64,000 nt of DNA from an uncultured Methanolobus sp. (GCA_963675495.1 OY776215.1:1504001-1568000), one strand, 5' to 3'. Counted from the first letter of the stretch, positions 20,111 to 30,520 are shown. Program-made: numbers and translations. Notes: a model not told the origin generated them from the sequence alone.

Positions 20111-20917
20111 ATGGAGATCACACTTACTGATATTGAAAGGGAAGCATACAAGGACAGTCCAGTCCACAGGCTTGATGGAAGAATAAAGATACTTGCAATC
20201 ATTGCAATTATCGTTTTTGCAGTCAGCCTGCCGCGTATGGACGAAGCAAATTTCATGAAACTTGCGATTCTTGAGCTTTACCTGATCTTACTCATAGTAA
20301 TTGCAAGACTTAATCCTTTGTATACTATTATGAGATTCCTTTCCATATTGCCTTTTGGACTTGCTATTGTAATTATACAGCCATTTGTAAGGCAGCCATT
20401 CATTGAAACATTTACAGTATATCCAATGGATCTGCCACTTGGAATTACCCTGACATATGAAGGGATATTTTTTGGTGCGATTCTCCTTGCAAAGTACATT
20501 GTTTGTATAACGTCCATTGTACTCATGTCCTCTACTATGAAAATGAATGATATGGTAAGTTCTGCAAGAAGGCTTGGAATGCCTGCGGAATTCACCCTGA
20601 TCCTTTCAATGATGGTAAGGTACCTTTTCGTATTCTGGATAATACTCAAACGTATACGAGTTGCACAGAAAACACGTCTGTTCCACATATGGAACAAGAA
20701 CGTGCCCCATAAATGGATCCTTGAGCAGGTCGCATACACCATAAGCTCACTTTTCATCCGCTCCTATGAACAGGGAGAGAGAACGTACATAAGCATGCTC
20801 TGCAGAGGATATTCCAGTGTAAACAAAGTATATGTACATAAGAAAAAGATAAAAACTACAGATGTTCTATTCCTTGTAATGACCATAGGAACATTATTAC
20901 TGGCTTTTGTAGCCTGA
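20111..20917 (+). CDS. cbiQ: Co/Ni ECF transporter T component (CbiQ/NikQ)
   Basis: SPVHRLDGRIK, multiple TM helices, RSYEQGER..SMLCRGY. Confidence 0.9.
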   Translation: MEITLTDIEREAYKDSPVHRLDGRIKILAIIAIIVFAVSLPRMDEANFMKLAILELYLILLIVIARLNPLYTIMRFLSILPFGLAIVIIQPFVRQPFIETFTVYPMDLPLGITLTYEGIFFGAILLAKYIVCITSIVLMSSTMKMNDMVSSARRLGMPAEFTLILSMMVRYLFVFWIILKRIRVAQKTRLFHIWNKNVPHKWILEQVAYTISSLFIRSYEQGERTYISMLCRGYSSVNKVYVHKKKIKTTDVLFLVMTIGTLLLAFVA

Positions 20918-20946
20918 AGAAAAAATCGGAAAAAAGGAAGAAGAAT

Positions 20947-21258
20947 TTATTTTTTTGCAACTTTTCCAAGTGCAAAGCTGATTCCCAGCACAAGAAGAGT
21001 GCCTATCACAACAGCAAGCACTTCTCCCATTTTACCCTGACCTTCGATTGCATAGTCAGGCATTGGGGATTCTACAAAAGGTGCAGATTCTTCCATCTCT
21101 GAGAATGTTGCCTCATCAATAATATTTCCTGCAGCACTTTCCAGACCATCCGGATCAGGGGATGCTAAAAAGGGAGCAAGGACAGATATAAGCAAAGCAA
21201 TTGCAATTCCTGCATAAAGGAATTTCATATTCAGACCTTTGCTGACACTCATATTCAT
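20947..21258 (-). CDS. PDGLE-domain ECF accessory component (NikN-like)
   Basis: ASPDPDGLE and PMPDY between two TM helices. Confidence 0.88.
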   Translation of the reverse strand: MNMSVSKGLNMKFLYAGIAIALLISVLAPFLASPDPDGLESAAGNIIDEATFSEMEESAPFVESPMPDYAIEGQGKMGEVLAVVIGTLLVLGISFALGKVAKK

Positions 21259-21905
21259 ACCCCCACCCCATTGGTGCCTGTAATGGACGAATCCAGTAGA
21301 TCTGGTCTTGATTTTTCAATGGCCGTGATGACTATAGCAGTAATAAGACCTTCACCTACAAGCCCTATTATCAAGTGAAAAGTTCCCATTGCTGCAAGTC
21401 CTGCCACCAGAGGAAAAGTACCTGCAACAGAGAGTTGAACCGCACATACAATTGCAGACATAAACAATCCGAACCATGCACCGATAAAGGATGCACCTTT
21501 TATTCCTGCTTTATTCTTTAAAGCCACGAAAGTATAGTATCCCACAAACCCTGAAACAACTCCCATGTTCACGATATTTGCACCCATTGTTGTTATTCCA
21601 CCGTCTCCAAAGACAAAACCCTGAACCAGCAGTACAAGTGTAAGTACCAGCACACCGGCCATGGGACTTCCAAATATAATGGCAACAAGGGTAGCTCCAA
21701 CCATGTGACCGCTGGTTCCCATGCCTATTGGAATATTGAGTGCCTGTATGGCAAAAATTCCTGCAGCAAGCGCTGCCAGGATTGGTACTTTCATGTCATC
21801 AAGTTCTTTTCTTGCCCATTTCAGGGACATAAATATGAAAGGCAAAGCGATCACCCAGTAGATGAGCGCTTGTCCCATGGGTATAAACGAATCAGGTATA
21901 TGCAT
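21255..21905 (-). CDS. cbiM: Co/Ni ECF S component (CbiM/NikM)
   Basis: N-terminal MHIPD metal-binding motif, GTSGH, GDGGIT. Confidence 0.92.
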   Translation of the reverse strand: MHIPDSFIPMGQALIYWVIALPFIFMSLKWARKELDDMKVPILAALAAGIFAIQALNIPIGMGTSGHMVGATLVAIIFGSPMAGVLVLTLVLLVQGFVFGDGGITTMGANIVNMGVVSGFVGYYTFVALKNKAGIKGASFIGAWFGLFMSAIVCAVQLSVAGTFPLVAGLAAMGTFHLIIGLVGEGLITAIVITAIEKSRPDLLDSSITGTNGVGV

Positions 21906-21931
21906 TTTAAGTCCTCATAATGTTATAAATT

Positions 21932-21962
21932 GTGATATGAAAATTATTGAATTTCGTAACAC
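21932..21962. promoter_or_regulatory. Imperfect palindrome upstream of cbiM (candidate metal-regulator operator)
   Basis: GTGATATGAAA-N9-TTTCGTAACAC (9/11 arm match); GTAACACTAA recurs upstream of cbiO at 19149. Confidence 0.4.
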
Positions 21963-22098
21963 TAATGGATACGTAATAAGAGCTATATATACTTAATGAA
22001 CTAATATCCAGAAAAATAGTATTACACAACTATAGATCTACAAAACCAAGATATATAAAATAGAAAGTGATAAGGCAAGTAAAACGGATGATAACATC

Positions 22099-23073
22099 AT
22101 GACCAAATACTCACCTCTTATTGCTGCAAAGGCTGTCTGGCAGATGCGGATAAGAAAACGTCCTTTCGTATTGTCCCACGCCATCAATTCCAGATGCAAC
22201 ATGAAATGCTCTTTTTGCGAATACTGGAAAACTGAAGGAGAAGAAATGAAACTTGAGGATATATTCAAGCTTCTTGAAGATGCGAGGGCTTTTGGAATAC
22301 TTGTTTATAACGCATGGACAGTAGAGCCCCTGTTAAGAAAGGAACTGCCGGAAATATTGGCTCATGCAAAACAATTGGGAATGGTAACCTCACTCATTAC
22401 TAATGGACTTTTACTTGAAAAAAGAGTCCATGAGCTGAAAGACCTTGATTACCTATCGGTATCCGTGGATGGGACTACAAGTTATAAGGAAATAAGAGGA
22501 GTAAACCTTGACAGGATCATGCCAGGAATTATAAAAGCAAAAAGTGTCATCAAAAACCCTCTTCTAATGAATTGTGTCATAAGTGGAAAGAATCTGGATG
22601 ACATAGAAGAACTTATAACCATGGCAAAGGACCTGGATGTGAAGATATCATTTGAGCCTATGTATGAATTTGGAGGGATAGAAGATGGTACATGGGACGA
22701 GGTAGGAATAAGGGAGATGGACAAATATCGCAGGACAGTGGACAGGATAATGGAAATGAAAAAGGAGGGGTATCCGATTATCAATTCCTATACATATCTC
22801 AAGATGGTACGGGACCTGCGGACAGAATTTGTTTGCCATGCAAACGAGATAATACTTAATGTTACAGCTGACGGAAGCATTGAAAATTGCAGAGTTCATC
22901 ACAGCCCCATCGGCCACATAAGCGAAGGTATTGGAAATGTATGGGAAAATACAAGAAAGCTCAGAAAAGATACTGCACGCAATTGCCAGAAATGTCTTTT
23001 TTTCGGATACGTTGAGAACAGCTTGATGTATAATTTCAATCTGGAAGTGGCACGACATTACGAGTGGATGTAA
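22099..23073 (+). CDS. Radical SAM protein with C-terminal Cys-containing (SPASM/twitch-like) region
   Basis: CNMKCSFC, EPLLR, TNG, SVDG; C-terminal C...C...CQKC. Confidence 0.88.
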   Translation: MTKYSPLIAAKAVWQMRIRKRPFVLSHAINSRCNMKCSFCEYWKTEGEEMKLEDIFKLLEDARAFGILVYNAWTVEPLLRKELPEILAHAKQLGMVTSLITNGLLLEKRVHELKDLDYLSVSVDGTTSYKEIRGVNLDRIMPGIIKAKSVIKNPLLMNCVISGKNLDDIEELITMAKDLDVKISFEPMYEFGGIEDGTWDEVGIREMDKYRRTVDRIMEMKKEGYPIINSYTYLKMVRDLRTEFVCHANEIILNVTADGSIENCRVHHSPIGHISEGIGNVWENTRKLRKDTARNCQKCLFFGYVENSLMYNFNLEVARHYEWM

Positions 23074-23150
23074 CATTTGAATGAATTAAATTTACAAACA
23101 ATCATTTTAATATAATAACACTACATATAATAATAGATAGGTGTTGTACC

Positions 23151-23777
23151 ATGTCATGTAACAAGAACTGCAGGATATTTACAACTATTTCTTTATTAGT
23201 GTTGATTATCGTTTACTTCACAGGATTTACAAGTGCTGAAATAATTGTTGGGCTTTCACCTGCCCACATAATTGTTGATGAAAATGAGAATTTCACACTT
23301 GCAATGATCATAGAACCCGATGCCAAAGTCTCAGGTGCGGAGTTAGAAATCTCATATGATGTGTCACTTCTCAATATAACATCCATCACTGAAGGAGATT
23401 TTTTCAAGCAGGGAGGAAAGAATACAATATTCTCAAAAGGGAGTATTGATAATGAACTTGGAACTGTTACCGGCATATATTCCGTTGTAATGGGAGATGA
23501 CATACTTCCTGAATCAGGAACTTTTTTGAACATCACCCTAACCTCAAAAGACAATTCCGGAATTGCAGCTATAGAGATAAATAACGTCATGATCACCAAT
23601 TCTGCCGGAGACAAACTGAAAGTTAGTGTTGACAATGCAAAGGTGAACGTTGGTGATGTGAGAGTTGAGGATTCTACTGAAGAAACGGCTAAGAGTCAAC
23701 AATCTGGACAGAACATGTTAATACCTCTTGTATGTGCAATAATGTGCCTCTATTTTATAAATAGAAAAGAAAAATAA
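23151..23777 (+). CDS. Cohesin-domain surface protein
   Basis: Signal peptide, VSGAELEISYD..LL...ITEGDFF, IDNELGTV, GTFLNITL, C-terminal hydrophobic and basic tail. Confidence 0.75.
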   Translation: MSCNKNCRIFTTISLLVLIIVYFTGFTSAEIIVGLSPAHIIVDENENFTLAMIIEPDAKVSGAELEISYDVSLLNITSITEGDFFKQGGKNTIFSKGSIDNELGTVTGIYSVVMGDDILPESGTFLNITLTSKDNSGIAAIEINNVMITNSAGDKLKVSVDNAKVNVGDVRVEDSTEETAKSQQSGQNMLIPLVCAIMCLYFINRKEK

Positions 23778-23805
23778 ATTCCGGGATAATGGAAGTTCAC
23801 AGAGA

Positions 23806-24585
23806 TCAGAGGCTTCCAATTAACCCTATCCTTATCTCATTCCCATTGTTCAAATGCAGTAATTTAGAAGCACTTCCCTGATTTACTGCAATCTCGAAAA
23901 ATCCGTGACTTCCTGTAAGCGATAGAATCCTTCCTTTTGGCACCTCAGCATAGGTACTCAAAAATGGCATCTTTCGTCCCGAAATCGAGAGAATGGTTCC
24001 ATGAGGTATATTCTTATGAATCTCTTCCCCCGGAATGTTAGTGACAATATTGCCAAATTTATCGACATATATCACTTTTGCCTCAATGAAATCCTTCTGT
24101 ATCGCATAGCCTGAGAAATCAAGATCAACATATTCATCTGTTCTCTGAGCAATGTCCTGAAGGTCCATTCCTCGGGAGATATGTGCGGCCGCCGGAGCAA
24201 AAATATCCCTGCCGTGGAAAGTAGAAGAAACATCCCCCAGAACCCCTTGATTCTTAATTTCAAAGACCTCCATATCTCCAAGCAAAGATGCAGCAGGAAT
24301 AAGAACACCATTGTCCGGACCTATAAAATAATGACCACCAGAACGTACAACTATAGCTTTTCTTTCAGTACCGACACCAGGGTCGATAACAGCAACATGA
24401 ATGGTTCCAAGCGGGAAATGCCGGACAACGGAATACAGGGCAAATGCACCCGCCCTGATATCAACAGAGGGTATTGAGTGAGTAATATCAACTATTGTTA
24501 CATCAGGATCTATACTGAGTATAACACCTTTCATGGATGCAGGATACAGAGATCCAAAGTCAGTTGTAAGCGTAATTACTGCCAT
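23806..24585 (-). CDS. SAM hydroxide adenosyltransferase (DUF62, chlorinase/fluorinase family)
   Basis: ITLTTDFG, VIDPGVGT, GPDNG, STFHGRDIFAP, DKFGN, EIAVNQGSA. Confidence 0.93.
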   Translation of the reverse strand: MAVITLTTDFGSLYPASMKGVILSIDPDVTIVDITHSIPSVDIRAGAFALYSVVRHFPLGTIHVAVIDPGVGTERKAIVVRSGGHYFIGPDNGVLIPAASLLGDMEVFEIKNQGVLGDVSSTFHGRDIFAPAAAHISRGMDLQDIAQRTDEYVDLDFSGYAIQKDFIEAKVIYVDKFGNIVTNIPGEEIHKNIPHGTILSISGRKMPFLSTYAEVPKGRILSLTGSHGFFEIAVNQGSASKLLHLNNGNEIRIGLIGSL

Positions 24586-24683
24586 AAGATTATTTTTGTA
24601 AGCTTAGATATAAATAGATACGCCGGAGATCCTGACCAAACTTTTTTTTATTTTTGAGAACTGCAGGTTGCTGTCAATTCCCA

Positions 24684-25838
24684 TTATACAGGATTTTTGT
24701 ATTGCCCATGATAGAAAACCAGCTCGAATCGAGCTCCTTTACCCGATATACCAGTCTCCCTGATACCAATGCCAGTTATAGACAGAATCTCTTTGGAAAG
24801 GAAAAGTCCGTATCCAGAGTTAGAATTACCTTTCTTGAACAATTTGCTCTTATCTTCAATACCAATACCGTCATCCTGGAATACAACCAAAAGGTGATCT
24901 TCTTCCTCCACAGTGGTGATGAGTAGATTACTGGCATTGCTGTGCTTGATGACATTGTTGGCTAGATTATAGAAAACTTTCCTTATCATTGGATCAGTGA
25001 AAATCAAATAATCCCTTACATCTATATGGAAATTCACCAATGCTTTATCCAGTGGGACCATAGCTTCACTCAGAACATCCTGAAGATTGACCCACTCAGG
25101 AGCTTGAATGCCAATCTCCTGATAATCTTTAGTAAACATAATATGCCTGTCAATAGACCTCACGCTCCCTTCCATCCTCTGCAACAGCATGAGCTCTTCA
25201 GGATCATATACCTGTTCCATAGCCAAATGCAGGTATCCTTCCAGGACCATTACCTGATTCATTATATCATGGCGTGTGATTGAGCTAAGTAGATTCAGTT
25301 TGTTGTTTGCCTGCTTGAGAGCTTCCGTCCTCTTCTCTTTCTCGGTTATATCTTCAACGACGCCGTCTATGAAAATGATGTTGCCTTTGGCATCGTACTG
25401 TGCAGAAAGAGTGAGCGAGCATAAGATGGTTGTTCCGTCCCTGGCCTTGAACATCAGCTTGCGGTCCTTTATCCTACCAGTCCGCCTCAACTCCCTCAGT
25501 AACTCAAAGCGGTCCTCTGGATGAAGATAGACATCTGTGGCAGATATATTCAAAAGATCTTTTTCATTATTGAAGCCCAGCATCTTACAAAAAGCTGGAT
25601 TTGCCTGAACTATATGGCCGCTTTCCCATGGTTCACTCCTGATAATACCGATATTGACGTTCTCTATCAAAGTGCGATACTTATTCTCACTTTCCTGCAA
25701 TGCATGCATGGCCAGATTCAGCTCACTTATCTGCTCCTTTAGTTGAGGATAATAACTCTTCCGATGAGATGTTTCACCTAATCCGATTATCTTCTTTCGA
25801 AGAAGATCCATTCTTATTTCGTTTTCAGAGCGCTTCAT
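24684..25838 (-). CDS. Cytoplasmic PAS-domain histidine kinase with ErcS-like N-terminus
   Basis: GLGETSHRKSYYPQL, one PAS domain, H-box RHDIMN, N-box NLANN, DDGIG, GYGL. Confidence 0.88.
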   Translation of the reverse strand: MKRSENEIRMDLLRKKIIGLGETSHRKSYYPQLKEQISELNLAMHALQESENKYRTLIENVNIGIIRSEPWESGHIVQANPAFCKMLGFNNEKDLLNISATDVYLHPEDRFELLRELRRTGRIKDRKLMFKARDGTTILCSLTLSAQYDAKGNIIFIDGVVEDITEKEKRTEALKQANNKLNLLSSITRHDIMNQVMVLEGYLHLAMEQVYDPEELMLLQRMEGSVRSIDRHIMFTKDYQEIGIQAPEWVNLQDVLSEAMVPLDKALVNFHIDVRDYLIFTDPMIRKVFYNLANNVIKHSNASNLLITTVEEEDHLLVVFQDDGIGIEDKSKLFKKGNSNSGYGLFLSKEILSITGIGIRETGISGKGARFELVFYHGQYKNPV

Positions 25839-27015
25839 GGTAAAGTCTCTCTATGTCCTTTATCGTGACAGGACGAGGGTTGGTGGCCAGACAAGGATCC
25901 AGGAATGCATTCTCACTAAGACGCTTGATATCCTCCTCTTTTACCCCCATGTTTGATAGACCGGACTTTATCCCCAGCTGGTTAGCCATGTTTCGTAGTT
26001 CGTAGGCCAAGCCGTCAGGTCCACTATCCTTTGACGTCTTCTTTCCGGTCATAGCAGCCTCAAGATCTCTGTATTTTTCTGGTTCCCAGGAATAATTAAA
26101 GGCAACGACATGTTCCAGAAGCTGGGCATTGCTTTCACCGTGAGAAGAATCCAGATAACCTCCCAGACTATGCGCCATGGCATGCACTAAACCCAGGCTG
26201 GCGTTGGAAAATGCCAGACCTGCATACATGCTTCCAAGCATGACCTTGCCCCTGACAATGATATTTTCAGGATCACTATATGCTTTTGGCAGGTATTCCG
26301 CTAATAGTTTAGTAGCCTCTAAAGCAAACATATCGGTCATGGAAGAGGAGGCATTCGAAACATATGACTCAAAAGCATGACAAAGAGCATCCATGCCAGT
26401 CATTGCAGTCTGTTCGAGGCTCATGGTAATGGTTGTCTCAGGATCTACCAGTGCAAGGTCTGGCAACATGGTCTTACTGATTATGGCGAACTTGCGTTTC
26501 TTCTGTTCATCGGTAATTATAGCAAATTGAGACACATCGGCAGAGGAACCGGCTGTAGTAGGAATACATATGATTGGAGGAGCAGGCATAGCCACTTCAT
26601 CCACCCCTTCCAACTCCAGAACGTTGCACCTGTTAGATACTACCGCACCTATCACCTTGCCACAGTCCATGGAACTACCACCGCCCACGACCACTATCAG
26701 ATCACAATTTTTCTCCATATAAAGAGCCGCACCTCGCATGACCTCCGTAGATCGAGGATTTGGGGAAATTTTGTCATAGATCACAACATTTATGCCTATA
26801 TCCCTCAGATTATCCGCTACTTCCCCGGTCCAGCCAGCTTTAAAGATGCCGGGGTCGCTTACCAAAAATACATTTTTGCCAGAAAGACTGAGAACATACT
26901 GGCCTATAAGATTTCGGGAGCCATCACCGAAAATAATCTCAGGTGCTAAGAATTTCCTAATTGGAAGTATTCCATTAGCTTTGTTGTCCACTTCTTTGGT
27001 ATTTGCCCCGATCAT
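25825..27015 (-). CDS. Iron-containing alcohol dehydrogenase-like protein (ErcA-like)
   Basis: GGGSSMD, PTTAGS, DALCHA, HAMAH, HGE; overlaps the kinase start. Confidence 0.88.
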   Translation of the reverse strand: MIGANTKEVDNKANGILPIRKFLAPEIIFGDGSRNLIGQYVLSLSGKNVFLVSDPGIFKAGWTGEVADNLRDIGINVVIYDKISPNPRSTEVMRGAALYMEKNCDLIVVVGGGSSMDCGKVIGAVVSNRCNVLELEGVDEVAMPAPPIICIPTTAGSSADVSQFAIITDEQKKRKFAIISKTMLPDLALVDPETTITMSLEQTAMTGMDALCHAFESYVSNASSSMTDMFALEATKLLAEYLPKAYSDPENIIVRGKVMLGSMYAGLAFSNASLGLVHAMAHSLGGYLDSSHGESNAQLLEHVVAFNYSWEPEKYRDLEAAMTGKKTSKDSGPDGLAYELRNMANQLGIKSGLSNMGVKEEDIKRLSENAFLDPCLATNPRPVTIKDIERLYHEAL

Positions 27016-27399
27016 GCTGACACATCTCCCTGCTTAAGTAATTTCCCGGCATTTCCCAGTGTGTCAGGAATCCTTTGTGCATGTCAAAAATATAATATCC
27101 CCGTAAAATACTGTGACATATAAGTATAAAAGTATTGTCTTGCCAAAGCTATGCTTTTTTAAAAATACAGTGTGGACATATTTTATTCTAAAAGAAAGAA
27201 TCAAAGGTGATTAACACTACATAACAAATTAATTACCAAATTCAAGGGAGAGAAAAGTGGCTGTGAGAGCTTCAGAAAAATAAGGTTGATTATTAGAAGA
27301 TATTCCAAATTATAAAAGAAAGCATACCACTTACAAATTATATGTAACACTTATATCAAAAAAGTAAAAAAATGAAAAAACGAAGTAATGCCAGAGGCA

Positions 27400-28686
27400 T
27401 TACTTGCAAAGGTCGTAACTCTGGTTTACGATTTTAAGAGCGCAGAAATCACCGCACATTGTACATGCATCTTCGTCTGCTGATGCTCTCTCAGTTCTTA
27501 CCTTTCTTGCGAGTTCTGGATCGAGTGCAAGCTTGAACTGTGCCTCCCAGTCAAGTTTTGCGCGTGCTCTACCCATTGCAAGATCAACATCACGAGTTTC
27601 TGGGAACTTGACAGTGTCACCAACGTGAGCTGCGATCTTTGATGTCTTGACACCTTCAATAACATCTTCAAGGTTTGGAAGTGCAAGGTGTTCTGCTGGT
27701 GTTACATAGCAAAGGAAGTCACAGCCTGCTGCTGCAGAAGCTGATGCACCGATAGCTGTTACGATGTGGTCACGACCGGCACCGATATCAGATACAAGAG
27801 GACCGAGCATATAGAATGGTTTTCCATCACTCATTGCTTTCATGAGCTTGACATTTGTTTCTACCTGGTCAAGTGGTACGTGACCTGGACCTTCTACGAT
27901 AACCTGAAGATCGTATTCGTCATGTGCTTTCTGTGCACATTCAGAGTTGATGATGAGTTCCTGAACCTGTGCCCTGTCGGTTGCGTCGGCGATTGCACCT
28001 GCACGCATTCCGTTACCTGTTGAAAGGGTAACTTCGTGTTCCTTGAGGATCTCACAGAGATAATCAAAGTCCTGGTAAAGTGGGTTTTCCTTCTCATTGT
28101 GAAGCATCCATGTGCTCATGAATGCACCACCACGGGAACAGAGACCACCGTATCTACCGTGTGCCTTCAGTCTGTCAAGGACAATGTTGTTGACACCTGT
28201 GTGAATAGCCATAAAGTTTGTTCCGAGCTTTGCCTGCTCCTCGGTTGCATGCCAAAGGTCGTCCTCTGTCATGTGAACAATAGAACCATCTCTCCTTGAT
28301 GCGGTAATGAATGCCTGGTAGAGTGGTACTGAACCAACTGAAAGGGAAATTGAATCACAGACCTGTTTCCTGATACCAAGGAAATCTCCACCGGTACCGA
28401 GCTCCATAAGTGTATCAGCACCTGCTGCCTCTGCTGCCTGTGCCTTTTTGATTTCCATATCGACATCAACGATATCTGATGATGCACCGATGGATGCATT
28501 GACCTTTGTCTTGAGTCCTTCACCGATACCACAGAGTTTGATGTCCCTGTATGGGGTCATAGGGATTACAATTCTACCTGAAGCAATTCCACGTCTGATG
28601 AATTCAGGGTCTTTGCCTTCTACTTCAGCAACGATCTTCATCTCTTCTGTGATCTTACCATTTTTTGCATCTGTTACTATTGTCAT
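27400..28686 (-). CDS. thiC: ThiC-family radical SAM enzyme (phosphomethylpyrimidine synthase or Bza paralog)
   Basis: KVNASIG, SRGG, EGPGH, YVTPAEH, CTMCGDFC. Confidence 0.85.
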   Translation of the reverse strand: MTIVTDAKNGKITEEMKIVAEVEGKDPEFIRRGIASGRIVIPMTPYRDIKLCGIGEGLKTKVNASIGASSDIVDVDMEIKKAQAAEAAGADTLMELGTGGDFLGIRKQVCDSISLSVGSVPLYQAFITASRRDGSIVHMTEDDLWHATEEQAKLGTNFMAIHTGVNNIVLDRLKAHGRYGGLCSRGGAFMSTWMLHNEKENPLYQDFDYLCEILKEHEVTLSTGNGMRAGAIADATDRAQVQELIINSECAQKAHDEYDLQVIVEGPGHVPLDQVETNVKLMKAMSDGKPFYMLGPLVSDIGAGRDHIVTAIGASASAAAGCDFLCYVTPAEHLALPNLEDVIEGVKTSKIAAHVGDTVKFPETRDVDLAMGRARAKLDWEAQFKLALDPELARKVRTERASADEDACTMCGDFCALKIVNQSYDLCK

Positions 28687-29024
28687 GATTTATACCTCAG
28701 AGTTTGATGTACCCTAGTAGAACCAAATCGTATATAATAGTTGTCGAAAAATTAACTTTCAATAAAATCAAGTTAACTTTATCACTATCTGAATTGCATT
28801 TAAATGTGCGTCAGCACTTAGCACAATAAATGGTTCAAAACACATACAATAGACATATCACTAACGATAAGCACATACTATGAGAAAATTCGTGTTAATT
28901 TAAAACAAATACAATTGTTTTGTTTTACACTTATTTTGATTTGTTTTTTGCTGCAAGAACAAGAGTTTATAGATCACGTACAAATTGAAAATATGAAATA
29001 AGAAAAACATAAACTAAACAACAA

Positions 29025-29945
29025 TTATTTCTTTTTATCTTCACTCAGCATCCTAAGCATACGCATGTTTTCCCTGTGAAGAGTTACCACAAGGTCACTT
29101 AACATTCCAAAAACGAACATCTGGAAACCTGCAATAATAAGCAGAGTAGTAAGAATCGTCATTGGAATACGCGTAACTCCCTGGAACCACTCAATGACAA
29201 CATAAGTACCGGCAAATACCCCGGAAAGAATAAAAATCCCACCAATTATGCCAAAATAGAACATCGGATTGTGAAGCTTTGCCATTTTATAAATGGTAGA
29301 ACCAATCCTGAAACCATCTTTAAGAGGATTCAACTTGGTGGCACCCTCGGTGTGTCTTGCAAGGTAAGTAGTTGGAACTTCTAATATCCTCAGATCTTTC
29401 TTAACACTCTCGATAGTAATCTCAGATTCGATCTCAAATCCTAATTTTTTCAATTCAAATGATTTGATGGCCTTTTTATTAAAAGCCCTGTATCCAGTAA
29501 GAATATCTTCAAGCCATACTCCATATGCCAGCCCGAACATCTTGTTGATTATTTTGTTGCCGAATAGGTTGAGCCTGGTAAATGCCCCTTTCTCATAGTC
29601 CACTAATCTGTTGCCCATGACATGGTCAGCTTTCCCTTCAAGGATAGGGTCGAGTACCGTATGGACATCTTTTGCAAGATTGGTACCATCACCATCTGCC
29701 ATAACGATGTATTCTTCATCTATAAGTTCAAAAGCCTGTTTTAGTGCCTGACCTTTACCCTTACCAGTTTGAATTACGACCCGGGCACCTTCAGCTTCTG
29801 AGATCTCACGTGTCCTGTCTTTGCTGTTACCATCTATAACAAGTATATTGTCAAAGCCTTCTAAGCGGAAATCTTTGATGACCTGGCCGATGGTAGCCTC
29901 TTCGTTGAGGGCAGGCAATAAAATACAGACGTTCTCGTTTGTCAT
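29025..29945 (-). CDS. GT2 glycosyltransferase, AglJ/dolichol-phosphate hexosyltransferase-like
   Basis: PALNEE, IDGNSKDRT, DGDG, GYRAF, GFEIESE, two C-terminal TM helices. Confidence 0.85.
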   Translation of the reverse strand: MTNENVCILLPALNEEATIGQVIKDFRLEGFDNILVIDGNSKDRTREISEAEGARVVIQTGKGKGQALKQAFELIDEEYIVMADGDGTNLAKDVHTVLDPILEGKADHVMGNRLVDYEKGAFTRLNLFGNKIINKMFGLAYGVWLEDILTGYRAFNKKAIKSFELKKLGFEIESEITIESVKKDLRILEVPTTYLARHTEGATKLNPLKDGFRIGSTIYKMAKLHNPMFYFGIIGGIFILSGVFAGTYVVIEWFQGVTRIPMTILTTLLIIAGFQMFVFGMLSDLVVTLHRENMRMLRMLSEDKKK

Positions 29946-29968
29946 TTTAAGAGAAAAAATAGGAGGTC

Positions 29969-30520
29969 TTAGAGCAGACCCATGCTGTCAAGCTGCTGCC
30001 TTACGACTTCAACACCCTGTTCACAATTCTCAGGAGATTTGCCACCGGTAACCACAAGCTTTCCAGAACTGAAAATAAGTACTACGACCTTAGGATCGTC
30101 TATGCGATAAACAAGACCCGGGAACTGTTCAGGTTCATATTCAATGTTCTCAAGACCAAGACCGATAGCAATAGCATTAAGATTTAGCACTGCCTTAAGA
30201 TCTGCAGATGCTACAATATTCTGAACAGTGATTTCAGGGTCCTCTATGGTCTTTATTCCAATTCCATTGAGTTTTTTTGCCATGTTGCCTATGACAGTGT
30301 GAACATCAGCCACATTCTTTGCACCGGTACATACTACCTTGCCGGAAGTGAATACCAAAAATGCAGCTTTTGGGTCAGTTACACGGTAAACAAGACCAGG
30401 AAACTTCTGTTTGTTATATTCAGCACCCTCGAATTCAGCTTCTATCTTTATAAGATCAAATTCTTCTGCAAGCTTGGTAGATGCGACCACATTTTCAATT
30501 TTGATGTTATAATCTGACAT
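29969..30520 (-). CDS. tbp: TATA-box-binding protein
   Basis: Two repeats of NV/IVAS...FPGLVYR...F.SGK.V.TG. Confidence 0.97.
   Translation of the reverse strand: MSDYNIKIENVVASTKLAEEFDLIKIEAEFEGAEYNKQKFPGLVYRVTDPKAAFLVFTSGKVVCTGAKNVADVHTVIGNMAKKLNGIGIKTIEDPEITVQNIVASADLKAVLNLNAIAIGLGLENIEYEPEQFPGLVYRIDDPKVVVLIFSSGKLVVTGGKSPENCEQGVEVVRQQLDSMGLL

Noticed and set aside
28687-29024. TPP or cobalamin riboswitch upstream of thiC
   Set aside because: The promoter-like element is only about 45 nt from the start codon and no conserved riboswitch core is visible.
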